Source: Octopus sinensis
Lineage: Eukaryota
DNA: 64,000 bases
Reading direction: 5' to 3'
Assembly: GCF_006345805.1 (NCBI RefSeq)
Contig: NC_042998.1
Coordinates: forward strand, 14,446,001-14,510,000
The notes beneath the pieces are model-generated. The model did not search any database, was not told the origin of the DNA, and saw only the letters and a program-made list of their open reading frames with translations. The translations under genes were made by a program, and so were the position numbers. Below are positions 11,579-24,444 of this stretch, piece after piece (the first letter of the stretch is position 1; each line of letters starts with the position of its first letter).

Positions 11579-12129
11579 ATATATATATGTATATATTTGA
11601 ATTCTTAAAGTATCTACGAGAGATGAGCATACTGTTTTTCAGGCTGTCTTTAGTTTTCTTCTAAGTTTACTCATAATGCTTGTGTGGCCTCGAGGCTACA
11701 GAAATCCATATTCAATGCTGATATAAAAAAAGAAATGTCTTCGTGTGTCAGCATACACTGATACATAAACACATTTACACGGCGTACGCGCATACACATG
11801 CATGCATGCATACACTTTTCTACGCACGCATATAAACTGCCACTTTCCATGGAGAAACAAGGAAATAGTGGAAATTTTTCCTTAATTTTTTCTCTTTGTT
11901 CGATCGTTTGTGCCTATTTACGTCCACATACAATTGTTCGTGTATGTGTGCGTGCGCGTAGAAGAAATTATGCCCACGCACATATACATTGATGCGCACG
12001 CGAAGTTATATACCGTTATTGAAAGACATACGGCAATGTGCCAAATGTGTTCACGGTGATATGATAATAATATAACATCTGAGCTGAACGTATGCGCTTG
12101 CATCGGTCCACACACGCACACATATTAAA

Positions 12130-12500
<371 letters not shown>

Positions 12501-13184
12501 TGTACACACACGCACGCATATATATATAAGATCAAAGTGTAATATGTATATATATATATATATATATATATGCTAAATGCATTTACTGCATTTGTGCACA
12601 TTCGAGTGTGCGTGCGCATGCGTTTTACGCAGCAGAGAGTATATTCCATGAACGTTATCATTTCTATTTCCATACCAAAATTTTACTCTAGCGTGCAAAA
12701 AAAATATCCTATTCATGACTGTCCTTTCATCGGAAGATTTATGAGGTTCCTTTCTTTAGAAATAGATCTACTTCTTTGGAAAAAGAAAATACAAATTATT
12801 GCTTTCAACCTGAATATATCAAAGTTTTTTGCATTCAACAGTTACATTTCTCTGCATCCAATTTAGATTCACTCAGGAATAGAGAAATGCTTCAGAATAG
12901 AGATAGCATCACGCATATTATTTAATTCTTGAATAACTTATATTTTCATCTCTGTGACTTTTGCGGACAACAACACACCAATTGTCATCTTTTTATCGTG
13001 ATCCACAGGATAGGTGAGATTGTTGTTGTTTGTTGTAGAAGAGTAGTGAACTGAGTAAATGTATACGGGTTTGAACTATCTCCTGTTAGGTGCGAATTTA
13101 AGGGTACCGAAGAATGGGGTTCCGCCGGCTCTTCGAAGAGGACGCTGTCCTCCTAAGGGTCTTAGTTAAGCGAGATGTCCCGTG

Positions 13185-13260
13185 GTTGATTTGCTCGACT
13201 AAAGGCGATGCTCCAGTATGGCCACAGTCACATGACTGAAACAAGTAAAAAGAGTAAAAA
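13185..13260 (+). mobile_element. SINE family B 3' tail
   Basis: GATTTGCTCGACTAAAGGCGATGCTCCAGTATGGCCACAGTCACATGACTGAAACAAGTAAAAAGAG matches the B tail. Confidence 0.7.
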
Positions 13261-13395
13261 AAAAAGAGTATGTATACAAAAACACATACGTTCATTCATA
13301 CATAGGCCAACACATATGCTCACGCACAAATATATATATATATATACATACATATATATATATAGATTATATATATATATTATATATATATATAT

Positions 13396-13456
<61 letters not shown>

Positions 13457-13483
13457 AGAGATAGATAGATAGATAGATAGATA

Positions 13484-14170
13484 TGTTTCTTTATTAGCCA
13501 CACAGGGCTGCACACAGATAGAACAAATTACAAGGTAGAGCTTTTCTTTTGAAGGTTTAAAAAAAAAAAAAAAAAAGGAAAGAGGGGAGTTTCGATCAAA
13601 AGGGATCGTAAGAGGAGAGAAAGAGGACAAAAAGGGGGGGTTAAAAAAAAAGGGGGGAGAGGAAAAAAAAATTGATCAATAGGGATCGTTATCACAGAAA
13701 TGTCAATATGAAGCGTAAAGGGGAGGACAGGTGAGGTTTACCCGTGGAAAGAAAAGCCTACGGAAAAGACCACGGTAACCTCGGTCAATGAAGTCACATT
13801 TTATATTTCTTTTTGTTTTTTTTTGGCAAATAAGCAAATCTCTGTTTTCAATTTCTGGGTCATAGGTTTGCTCAAGGTGGCTTCGTCATTCATACGTGCC
13901 ATTCTTGCTACATTCACCCATCTTTTTTTAAAACATTCGCTAGACAAAACTTGCCTCTCTACTCTCACTTTCCTTTTCAAGTGGTACTTGAAGAAGTTGA
14001 TGAGAGATTGACCAGAGAGGAAAGTGTTTGTCTCCAATCCTTTCAGACGCGTCCACCAGATACATTCTTTCGCCATAGCCACAAGGATGATGAAAATAGC
14101 TCTTGAAGGAAGGAGGCGTGACAATATTGACGATAGACTCAGCTGATAAACCGACTCGTCTTTCATCCAT
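13484..14170 (-). mobile_element. L1/Tx1-like LINE 3' fragment inside (GATA)n
   Basis: LSAESIVNIVTPPSF (frameshift) AIFIILVAMAKECIWWTRLKG...LINFFKYHLKRKVRVER...FKKRW resembles the L1/Tx1 ORF2 C-terminus. The 3' UTR ends AATAAAGAAACA, and (TATC)n lies on both sides. Confidence 0.65.
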
Positions 14171-14313
<143 letters not shown>

Positions 14314-15039
14314 TATGAGTACATAAGCTTTAGAGTGATAAACGAATCATAGAAATTAACGACTAAATGCAAGACCTAATCAAGTGTGAAAACAGTAACA
14401 CAAACAGCCAACGAAAGTTTTTTTTCTAACAAGCTAGCTCTCTAAGAGCTAAAATTTAATGAAAATACTTAACTTTGTAGAGGTTATTAGATCAACCTCA
14501 TTGCTATTGTGGATAAAGATAAATGTATTTCTAAAACATTTAATATACTTTACGGTAACAGAGATTTCATCAAAATTAAGACCGATAATACTACTCAGCT
14601 GAGGATTAAATTCGATAAATCATTGCAACAAAGGCTCAAATAGGTTCTATCTCTTTCCAGTACGTAGAATGAGTTTAATCTTGTTCACATCTGTGGCACT
14701 GTTAAGACGCACAAATCTAATAACACTCTACGACTACCACCATTCCATAATCTCTCAAATCGTTATAATCACGCACAGAATTTTCAAAACATAAGATAGC
14801 ATCGTAAAAGAAATATTTTCTTGACAGACACGATATTTAATCGCCTGATTAATTCCAATAAACTCTATAGGAAACTGATAAAAGTTATAAAATTTCCACC
14901 ATGGATGTCTAAAGTCTTTTCAGCGACGTCCAAGTAACAGTATCAATGTAGATAGTTTTTGCAAAATAAAACACGAGATGCATCGTGGAAGATTCTTAAA
15001 AACCTCTTCTTTACCTGCGCAACAGCGCTTTCCTTCTTC

Positions 15040-15836
15040 TTTCTTTACTGTCCACAAGGGGCTACATACAGGGGGCTACAAACAAGGGGCTACACACAAG
15101 GACAGACAAACGGATTAAGTCGATTATATCGACCCCGGTACGTAACTGGTACTTATTTAATCGACCCCGAAAGGATGAAAGGCAAAGTCGACCTCGGTGG
15201 AATTTGAACTCAGAACGTAGCGGCAGACGAAATACCTATTTCTTTATAACAAACAAGGGCTAAACACAGAGGGGACAAACAAGGACAGACAAACGGATTA
15301 AGTCGATTACATTGACACCAGTGCGTAACTGGTACTTATTTAATCGACCCAGAAAGGATGAAAGACAAGGTCGACCTCGGCAGAATTTGAACTCAGAACG
15401 TAGCGGCAGACGAAATACCTATTTTTTTATAACACACAAGGGGATAAACACAGAGGGGACAAACAAGGACAGACAAACGGATTAAGTCGATTATATCGAC
15501 CCCATTACGTAACTCGTACTTATTTAATCAGCCCCGAAAGGATGAAAAGCAAAGTAGACCTCGGCAGAATTTGAACACAGAACGTAGCTGCAGACGAAAT
15601 GCCTATTTCTTTATAACACACAAGGGGATAAACACAGAGGTGACAAACAAGGACAGACAAACGGATTAAATCGATTACATTGACACCAGTGCGTAACTGG
15701 TACTTAATTTATCGACCCCAAAAGGATGAAAGGCAAAGTCGACCTCGGTGGAATTTGAACTCAGAACGTAACGGCAGACGAACTACCGCTACGCATTTCG
15801 CCCGGCGTGCAAACGTTTCTGCCAGCTCGCCGCCTT
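15040..15836 (-). mobile_element. SINE family A multimer: one head and four ~180-bp bodies
   Basis: A single A-box head at 15790-15836, then a repeated GGTATTTCGTCTGC...GAGTTCAAATTCC...AAAGAAATA unit. Confidence 0.85.
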
Positions 15837-15922
15837 ATTCCGCTTTCCTTCTGCTGCCAATAAGATGATTTGCCCACCTAGAAGACGAGGTGTCTATTCG
15901 TGGCAGAGCAGTATATATGGTT

Positions 15923-16154
15923 AAGGCGGCGAGCTGGCAGAAACGTTATCACGCCGGGCGAAATGTTTAGCAGTATTTCGTCTGCCGCTACGTTCTGAGT
16001 TCAAATTCCGCCGAGGTCGACTTTGCCTTTCATCCTTTCGAGGTCGATAAATTAAGTACCAGTTACGCACTGGGGTCGATATAATCGACTTAATCCGTTT
16101 GACTGTCCTTGTTTGTCCCCTCTGTGTTTAGCCCCTTGTGGGTAGTAAAGAAAT
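15923..16154 (+). mobile_element. SINE family A monomer
   Basis: AAGGCGGCGAGCTGGCAGAAACG head, B box GAGTTCAAATTCC, tail GTAGTAAAGAAATA. Confidence 0.85.
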
Positions 16155-16621
16155 AAGTATATATGGTTAACGTGGATAAAAATGTCGTTCCCAAACATAA
16201 TCTCATCATCTACAACATGTACGTTGAACAGAGAGGGAGAGAGGTGGGGACATACTGGTAGGCTTTAAGAAATTTTGAAAATAACTGTATCCTTAGATTA
16301 ACAATCCAACATAATTCTAATATTCAAAAAATCAGACAAAAACTCCCTTTCGATATAAATGTTTAAATAAAAGAAATTCATAGAGCAAATCAGCACGTAT
16401 AATGAGGGTTTGGTGCTACTAGCTGCTATTTTTAGCTGAGATGAATTTAATCATTTGTTTCCTGGACTGGACATAGCGATATTTCCATCCTGTTATTTCT
16501 AGAATTTTGCGGTTTCTGAGTCTCACTCCTTTCATTCCTGATTTTCTTACCCTTTTTCTTGACATCCTTAACTGGGCACGCTTTGGATCTGACTCTGTAA
16601 CCCTCAAATATCATAAGGACA

Positions 16622-16844
16622 TGCTGGTAGAAACGTTAGCACGCCGGGCGAAATTCGTAGCAGTATTTCGTCTGTCTTTACGTTCTGAGTTCAAATTCCG
16701 CCGAGGTCGACTTTGCCTTTCATCCTTTCGGGGTCGATAAATTAAGTACCAGTTACGCACTGGAGTCGATGTAATCGACTTAATCCCTTTGTCTGTCCTT
16801 GTTTGTCCCCTCTATGTTTAGCCCCTTGTGGGTAGTAAAGAAAT
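16622..16844 (+). mobile_element. SINE family A monomer
   Basis: Same head, B box and tail as 15923-16154. Confidence 0.85.
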
Positions 16845-16984
16845 ATATTTTCCACGTCGCTTCACTACAAATCACCTCTCTTTAGCCCTGTTTCAACCAC
16901 TACCTTATACGGTGATATAAATGTGATGACCAGTTACGTATCTACACCACTTTCGATATCTCTTATCTTCCCTACTGAATTACC

Positions 16985-17046
16985 ATCATCAATTTTTCTT
17001 CAAATACATAAGGTTTTCCTTATGTATTTGAAGAAAAATTGATGAT
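16985..17046. repeat. Perfect 29-bp inverted repeat with 4-nt loop
   Basis: ATCATCAATTTTTCTTCAAATACATAAGG-TTTT-CCTTATGTATTTGAAGAAAAATTGATGAT. Confidence 0.95.
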
Positions 17047-17147
17047 AGTGCGTCTAACAATTTCAGTCTTCCATTTAGCTTGAGTGTTCAGTTTTTAAGG
17101 TGTAGCAGATAGTTCCATAGTTATTAAAGCACAGATAATTTTTTTTT

Positions 17148-17524
17148 ACTCTTTTACTCTTTTACTTGTTTCAGTCATTTGACTGCGGCCATACAGGAGC
17201 ACCACCTTTTAGTCGAGCAAATCGACCCCAGGACTTATTCTTTGTAAGCCTAGTACTTATTCTGTCGGTCTCTTTTGCCGAACCACTAAGTTACGGGGAC
17301 GTAAACACACAAGCAATGTTGGGGAGACAAACACAAACACACACACATTTATATATACATAACATATATACGACGGGCTTCTTTCAGTTTCCGTCTACCA
17401 AATCCACTAACAAGGCTTTGGTCGGCCTGAGGCTATAGTAGAAGACACTTGCCCAAGGTGCCACGCAGTGGGACTGAACCCAGAACAATGTGGTTGGTAA
17501 GCAAGCTCCTTACCACATAGCCAC
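17148..17524 (-). mobile_element. SINE family B, near full length
   Basis: Head TGGCTATGTGG, B box GGGTTCAGTCCC, CORE-like CCTTGGGCAAGT, (AAAAGAGT)n tail. Confidence 0.85.
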
Positions 17525-18139
17525 TTCGATTAGAAGTGGCAGAAAATAAATACTGCTTGATCATACAAGATTTTCTACTGTATAATATCTGTAAAATATC
17601 AGTTTGTTCTGTTAAGGTTAGGACTAGGGTAAGATTAGCATTAACATAGCTACTTACATGAGCAATTCTAAATGTTATAGTTGGAGTTATCGCTATCTTC
17701 AAAATTTTCTGTTAAATTATTTGGAATGTTTTTATCCATTAATTGGTCATTAATTTTTTCCGTCCTTTTATTTATTTAATGGCGTCCTTCGTTTTAGAGC
17801 TTTTTTTATTTATTATCTGTTTGAATTGGCTGCATTGATGTACATCGTCATCACTACTACCAACCAAAACAGCGCAACAGCAGCCGTTCAAGAATTTGGA
17901 CCTGGAGATCTCCATTTCCAGCGACTTCGAGGGCCACCTCCCAGTGGTGTCGGGCGTCAACGAAGAACCCTCGACTACAACAAGACGACCAAACTTTTTT
18001 TTTCCAAGGTATACGGTCTCCCGTCCCTAAGCCCTAGACCATCACCTAAGCACCCTTACCCGTCTTGTTGCTTAGCAACAACAACAACAACATCAACAAC
18101 AGCAACAAAAACAACAACAACATCAATAATTATAATAGT

Positions 18140-18718
18140 CCTTTCTACTCTAGGCACAAGACCCGAAATTTTGGGGAAGGGGACAAGTCGATTAGAAGGA
18201 CACCAGTACACAACTGATACTTAATTTATTGACCCCGAAAGGATGAAAGGCAAAGTCGACCTCGGCGGAATTTGAACTCAGAATGTAAAGACAAGACAAA
18301 ATACCTATTTCTTTACTACCCACAAGGGGATAAACACCGAGAGGACAAACAAGGACAGACAAATGGATTAAGTCGGTTACATCGACCCCAGTGCGTAACT
18401 GGTACTTATTTAATCGACCCCGAAAGGATGAAGGGCAAAGTCGGCCTCGGCGGAATTTCAGCTCAGAACCGGTAGACGAAATACCTATTTCTTTACTACC
18501 TATAAGGGGCTAAACACTGAGAGGACAAACAAGTACAGACAAACGGATTAAGTCGATTATATTGACCCCAGTGCGTAACTGGTACTTATTTAATCGACCC
18601 CGAAAGGATGAAAGACAAAGTCGACCTCGGCGGGATTTAAACTCATAACGTAACGGCAGACGAAATACCGCAAAGCATTTTGCCCGGCGTGCTAACGCTT
18701 CTGCCAGCTCGCCGCCTT
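18140..18718 (-). mobile_element. SINE family A multimer (3 bodies; terminal body has the alternative tail)
   Basis: One head at about 18670-18718 and repeated bodies; the 3'-most unit ends ...TTGTGCCTAGAGTAGAAAG instead of ...GTAGTAAAGAAATA. Confidence 0.8.
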
Positions 18719-18726
18719 TATAATAA

Positions 18727-18790
<64 letters not shown>

Positions 18791-18802
18791 TATTATTATT
18801 AT

Positions 18803-18990
18803 TCTAACTGGGTCCCACCTGCAAGGTCATGCGCCGATTATCTTGATATGAGATCACCATGTCACGCACGTATGGTTGTGATGCATGTGCCTGGGGTACA
18901 ACTTATCAGATGGGTAGTCATGATGGGTATACTGAGCTTTATATATTTTAGCCCAGTGTCACTTTGATGGCATGCACTGATCTCTCACTC
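18803..18990 (+). mobile_element. Family D short copy with (AAT)n tail
   Basis: Reverse complement of 5538-5720-type sequence, ending CTCTCACTC-AATAATAAT; lies within AAT/ATT repeats. Confidence 0.65.
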
Positions 18991-19024
18991 AATAATAATA
19001 ATAATAATAATGATGATAATATTC

Positions 19025-19205
19025 CTTTCTAATGTAGGCACATGGCCTGAAATTTTGTGGGAGGAGGCCAGTGCGTAAGTGGTACTTAGTTTATCGAAAG
19101 GCAAAGGCGACCACGGCGGAATTCGAACTTAGAATATAAGGACGGACGAAATGCCGGGAAGCATATTGCCTGGTGGGCTAACGATATTGCCAGCCCACCG
19201 CCTTG
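19025..19205 (-). mobile_element. Degenerate SINE family A (alternative tail)
   Basis: Decayed homology to the A head, B box and second tail type. Confidence 0.6.
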
Positions 19206-19779
19206 GCAACAATGATGAGGATGATGATGATGAAAATGCTCTGTGGTTAACCGTCTCCTTATATTTCGGGTTTGGCTACTCTACATTCACGTCTTTATTC
19301 AATACAAGAGATATTGGTTATAAGAGGAACATTTGCCGCATCCACATTATGGTACATATTATGCAATAAAGAAACAAAAAAGATAGAAAAAAAGAAAGTT
19401 AATCGCTTAGATCTGTCGTTTTTTAACTGAGCGATTCTTGGTATCGAAGAAGCCATGAAAATTTCACATTCTTCCACAAAGGATACGTATGAAAATTTAA
19501 GACTCCCCGACAGATACGTCTTTATATTCTATAATATAATAATCATGAATTGCAATTCGCGTGAAAAAGAGAAGAAAATAGCTCTTATATATCATTATTA
19601 TTAGGCAGATTTTCGATTTGGTCTAAATTGTAATTCATATGTTCAGATGTTCGATAAAAAAGGTAAAAGATAACCTCATACGTGTATGTATGCGTGTCTG
19701 AGTCATGTATGCATACACACGAACACACACACACGCATACACGCTCACACACGCACGCACGCGCACAGATAAACATATA

Positions 19780-19825
<46 letters not shown>

Positions 19826-19975
19826 TGATTGGATGTATATATATATAATGGATATATGAGTGTGTGTGTTTGTGTTTCTGGGTATGTATATATATATGTG
19901 TGTATATGCATTATTTAATATTTATATGTATACATAGATACATATATATGCATATATATATGCATATATATATAC

Positions 19976-20008
<33 letters not shown>

Positions 20009-20035
20009 GGCGTATGTGTATGTGTATGTATTTAT

Positions 20036-20088
<53 letters not shown>

Positions 20089-20190
20089 TAACTATATGTA
20101 CGTACATATGCATGTATATGTGTATACATATATTATATATATATATATATAATATATAATATATATATGTATATATATTATATATTATAC

Positions 20191-20252
<62 letters not shown>

Positions 20253-20487
20253 CAGATAGAAAGATAAAGAGAGAGGAGAGACCAATAAACTGTAATTGCG
20301 CATATGTACATATATATTTGCATACGTATAGATATTTATAAAGGGAGACAACCAGACAGGCACAGAGAGAAATATATTTTTGCGCATGTATATGCTACGT
20401 ATATATATATATATATTATATATATATATATATATTCATGCATATACCCAACTACCCACATAGTTATACGTGCATAACTATACACGC

Positions 20488-20548
<61 letters not shown>

Positions 20549-21339
20549 GTGCCCACACATATATCAACGTTTAGCTATAAGCCCGTATGCATGTATACAT
20601 ATCTACATGCCTGTATTTCTATACGTATATGCATATAAATATGTTCGTATGCACGAACATATAATTCAGGCGCATATGTTGATGGCTTTACATGCAATAA
20701 TGGCGTATGTTTATGGCTTAACAAGTTTATGCTTTAAGAATATGCAATAGTAATAAACTTCTCAAGCTATATTTCATAAAGTATATGGGTGTTTGTCAAC
20801 TCACTCTCATCGGTTATTACATCTCTTCGTCCTAGTACTAGATTTTTCACTTTATTTTATACTTCAGTCTGAGTATTTTTTTTTTGTCTTTCTTATATGG
20901 TGTATTTTTAAATACATTTTACTGTTTTATTCTATTTTATTTGTTTGATAGCGGATATGGTTATCTTGATGTATAACTGATCTGCAGCACTGATCATTAA
21001 ACATTATTTCTTACATCTGTATTATATATATGCCTTCTTTGTTTGTGCGCATCAGTGTGTATATGCGTGTCAATGCGTATGTACGTGTGTGAATGTGTGT
21101 GTTTGTAAATATATTTCAATGTATACATGTGTGTATACATAATCATGCTATATGCACATATTCTTACACAGATACACATATGCATAGATATAGAGTAACG
21201 TAAGGGTTTGGTAAGCTTGGCACCTATTTCTTGAATATTGCTTCTTTTCAAAATTCGTCTGATGGCGTTGAATTGTATTATCGCGTACAAAGAATCTGGT
21301 CTATCTGAAACACGGCACATAATGCCGCGTGTGTGTAAC

Positions 21340-21378
<39 letters not shown>

Positions 21379-21387
21379 TGTGTGTGT

Positions 21388-21568
21388 GTGGCTTTGTTGT
21401 AAGAAGCTTCCTTCCCAACCACATGGTTCTGGGTTCAATCCAGCTGTGTGGCACCTTTGGGAAAATTGCTGCTGTAGCCTTCAGCGAACCAAAGCTTCCT
21501 GAATGGATTTGGTAGACAGAAACTGAAAGAAACCAGTCGTGTATATAAATATATATAGATATATAGAT

Positions 21569-21602
<34 letters not shown>

Positions 21603-21830
21603 GTATGAGTGTGTATTTTTGTGTTTTCTATCCCTACCATCGCCGTTTGACAACCGGTGTTAGTGTGTTTACCTCTCCGTAACTTACCATTTCAGCAAGA
21701 GACTGATAGAATAAGTACTAGGTTTTAAAAAAATATGTCTTGTGGTCCATTTATTCCACTAAAACCCCCTCAAGACGATGCTCCAGCATAGCCGCAGTCA
21801 ACTGACTGAAACAAGTAAAAGAATAAAAAA
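21388..21830 (+). mobile_element. SINE family B, diverged
   Basis: Head, B box GGGTTCAATCC, internal microsatellite and B-type tail. Confidence 0.75.
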
Positions 21831-21837
21831 AAGTATA

Positions 21838-22884
21838 TACGCGGTACGTGCAAATAATATTGGAGTTTGTTTTATTCCTGTCAATTCTAATGTCACGTGT
21901 AAAATATTTCTTTGGGTAGGTAAACTTTTGCGCCGTTAAGCCTCGTCAGCTCCCGGTTGTTACGCATAGAGTACAGAGTGCGCTCTCGTCGGATTTTCAT
22001 TTATACCGAACGCATCGAGCATTAAGTAAGAAGTTGCCTTCCCATTAAGTTTTGGCAAATGCTTGGTGATACATAGAGAAGATTTGGTAGTGCTTTGGTG
22101 ACGATGCCATGAGCAAGGCTCAGATTAAGGAGTGATACAGCAGCTTCAAACATGACCGGACCTAAGTGAAGAGCGATGCATGTTCAGGCGGGTTTTCCAC
22201 AAGTCCATAGGAGCGAATTGAGAATTGATCAGCGAATTGTCATGGGAGAATTTTAACTCTGAACATAAAGTCAGACAAAATGCTGCTAAGCGTACTAACG
22301 ATTCTTTTCTACTCTAAGCACAAGGCCCGAAACTTTTTGAAGAGGGTGCTAGTCGATTAGATCGACCCCAGTACGCAACTGGTACTTAATTTATCGACCC
22401 CGAAAGGATGAAAGGCAAAGCCGACCTCGGCGAATTTTCAATCTCGTAACAACCAAGGAAATTTCTCACAAGGTCGGAATAAGAATCAGCGCATTCCATT
22501 TTCACGGCAGATTTGTGCATGCTGCGAATATCGGCGAAATTTCTTCTGAAGGTGCTCGCATAGCCGCAGAAGCAACTCTGCATAGAAATCGCTGGAATGT
22601 GCGAACTGTAACCCAGACTTCCAGAAGGCCATCACCACTGGTGATGAGACAAGGGTTTATGGTCTCTGCTCGATGCGTTCGATCTCCTTGCGTGAGAATG
22701 AAATTCCGACAAGCGCGTACTATAGGCGTAGCAACCGGCAACTGACGAAGCCTACCGAAGCGAATATTTTCACGCATGCGCAGGAAGGGTGGCTCCACCT
22801 TACACCCGAAGTATTTTTCTCTCGTAGCATTAGTTTTGGTAGGGGGAAAAATTAGTAGGATACTCTTTTGAACGCACCTCATGT
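21838..22884 (+). mobile_element. Internally deleted, decayed mariner element interrupted by a SINE-A unit
   Basis: FGDDAMSKAQIKE*YSSFK...RT*VKSDACSG (N-terminal HTH region) before 22248, and EISHKVGI...NPDFQKAITTGDETRVYG (first catalytic Asp motif) after 22438. Degenerate TIRs TACGCGGTACGTGCAAA / reverse complement CATGAGGTGCGTTCAAAA. Confidence 0.7.
22248..22438 (-). mobile_element. Composite SINE-A unit, near-identical to 25070-25261
   Basis: Includes the same old-copy/young-copy junction as 25070-25261; GAATTTT at both ends. Confidence 0.85.
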
Positions 22885-22889
22885 GTTTC

Positions 22890-22937
<48 letters not shown>

Positions 22938-23465
22938 AGAACAGACAGACAAATACAGAATACACACATACTTTATTATTATTAAAGCTGCAAAATACTC
23001 CGGTATTCGAGTACTATTTTTCCCACCTTGTTTCACATTTATATGCTTACTTTGGGTATATATATATATTATAACATATTATAATATATATATAATTTTA
23101 ATCCAAACGGGAACAAAAAAAACAACAACAATGGAACAAATACGTATTATTATTAATAGGCGCTCAGGAAAGGAATCGGAGGTATTTAATATATATATAT
23201 ATATAATATACACACAGATATATATATATATATTATATATACTATATATATAATATATAATATATATATATATATATATAATATTATATTATATATATAT
23301 AACTACATATATATATATATATATATATCTATATATATATATAGTATATAATAACAAATAATCACCTTATTTTAAATCATATGGATAATACCATACTAAA
23401 TTCTGGTGCCTTCATTAAGTACCATATTCATCTGAATATAATTTTACTGAACTTATATATTATAT

Positions 23466-23510
<45 letters not shown>

Positions 23511-23899
23511 GCACACGCACAGATAGGCAGATAGACAGGTAGACAGTCCGGCTGACAAATAGAAAACGAATACACATCAGCTGATGTTCCATTGAGAATC
23601 GTTTCTTACATACATTTTGAAATATGATAAGCTGATTATTTTATGGACAGATGCGTATAGAAAATTACGATGTCCATGCCCCTTGCATAGTTGGCTGGTG
23701 AAAAAACTGTGCTAAGTTCCATTATAAAGCTAAGAACGGCAGAGATTAGATAGACATGTCGACTATAGTATTTACTAGAGCGCCAATCACTTATTCATTT
23801 TCCGGTATAAAATGCCAATATCCAAATATCATTGTTGTAAATCATATGTGTTACGGATAAGTGAATGAGAATGTGTATAAAATGTAGTTGACTAATACT

Positions 23900-24303
23900 C
23901 TTTTACTCTTTTATTCTTTTACTTGTTTCAGTCATTTGACTGTGGCCATGCTGGAGCACCGCCTTTTAGTCGAGTAAATCGAACCCAGGACTTATTCTTT
24001 TGTAAGCCTAGTACTTATTCTATCTTACTCTTTTGCCGAACGCTAAATTACGGGGACGTAAACACACGACCATCAGTTGTCAAGCGATGTTGGGGGGACA
24101 AATGCAGACAGACAAATTTGTACACACACATATATATATATATACATATACGACGGGCTTCTTTCAGTTTCCGTCTACCAAATCCACTCATAAGGCTTTG
24201 GCCGGCCCGAAGCTATAATAAAGACACTTGCCCAAAGTTCCACGCAGTGGGACTGAACCCGAAACAATGTGGTTGGTAAGCAAGATACTTACCACACAGC
24301 CAA
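23900..24303 (-). mobile_element. SINE family B, near full length
   Basis: Same head, B box, internal (TA) tract and tail as 17148-17524. Confidence 0.85.
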
Positions 24304-24444
24304 TTCTATGATTAATATATATGTCAGGGAAAAAAAGACACAATTTTTCGGATTGTTTGCAGTACTTGACAGCATTCTGATATTGGTTTCAAATTTCGAG
24401 GCAGGTGATAAGACGATTGCATTGATCCTACGAGCTATGGCGGC

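Noticed and set aside
15235-15250. AG|GT at SINE-A multimer junctions suggesting a circularised intron
   Set aside because: Monomers end at AAAGAAATA, so the junction is better read A|GGTATT; there is no polypyrimidine tract before the AG.
15040-15836. CRISPR-like appearance of the regularly spaced repeats in SINE-A arrays
   Set aside because: Units are ~180-bp whole repeats without unique spacers, match dispersed monomers, and lie in a eukaryotic context with no cas genes.
22890-22990. Helitron/Helentron-like (GACA)n plus TTTAATAATAATAAAG end
   Set aside because: The adjacent sequence is explained by the mariner at 21838-22884, and I found no matching hairpin-CTRR end.
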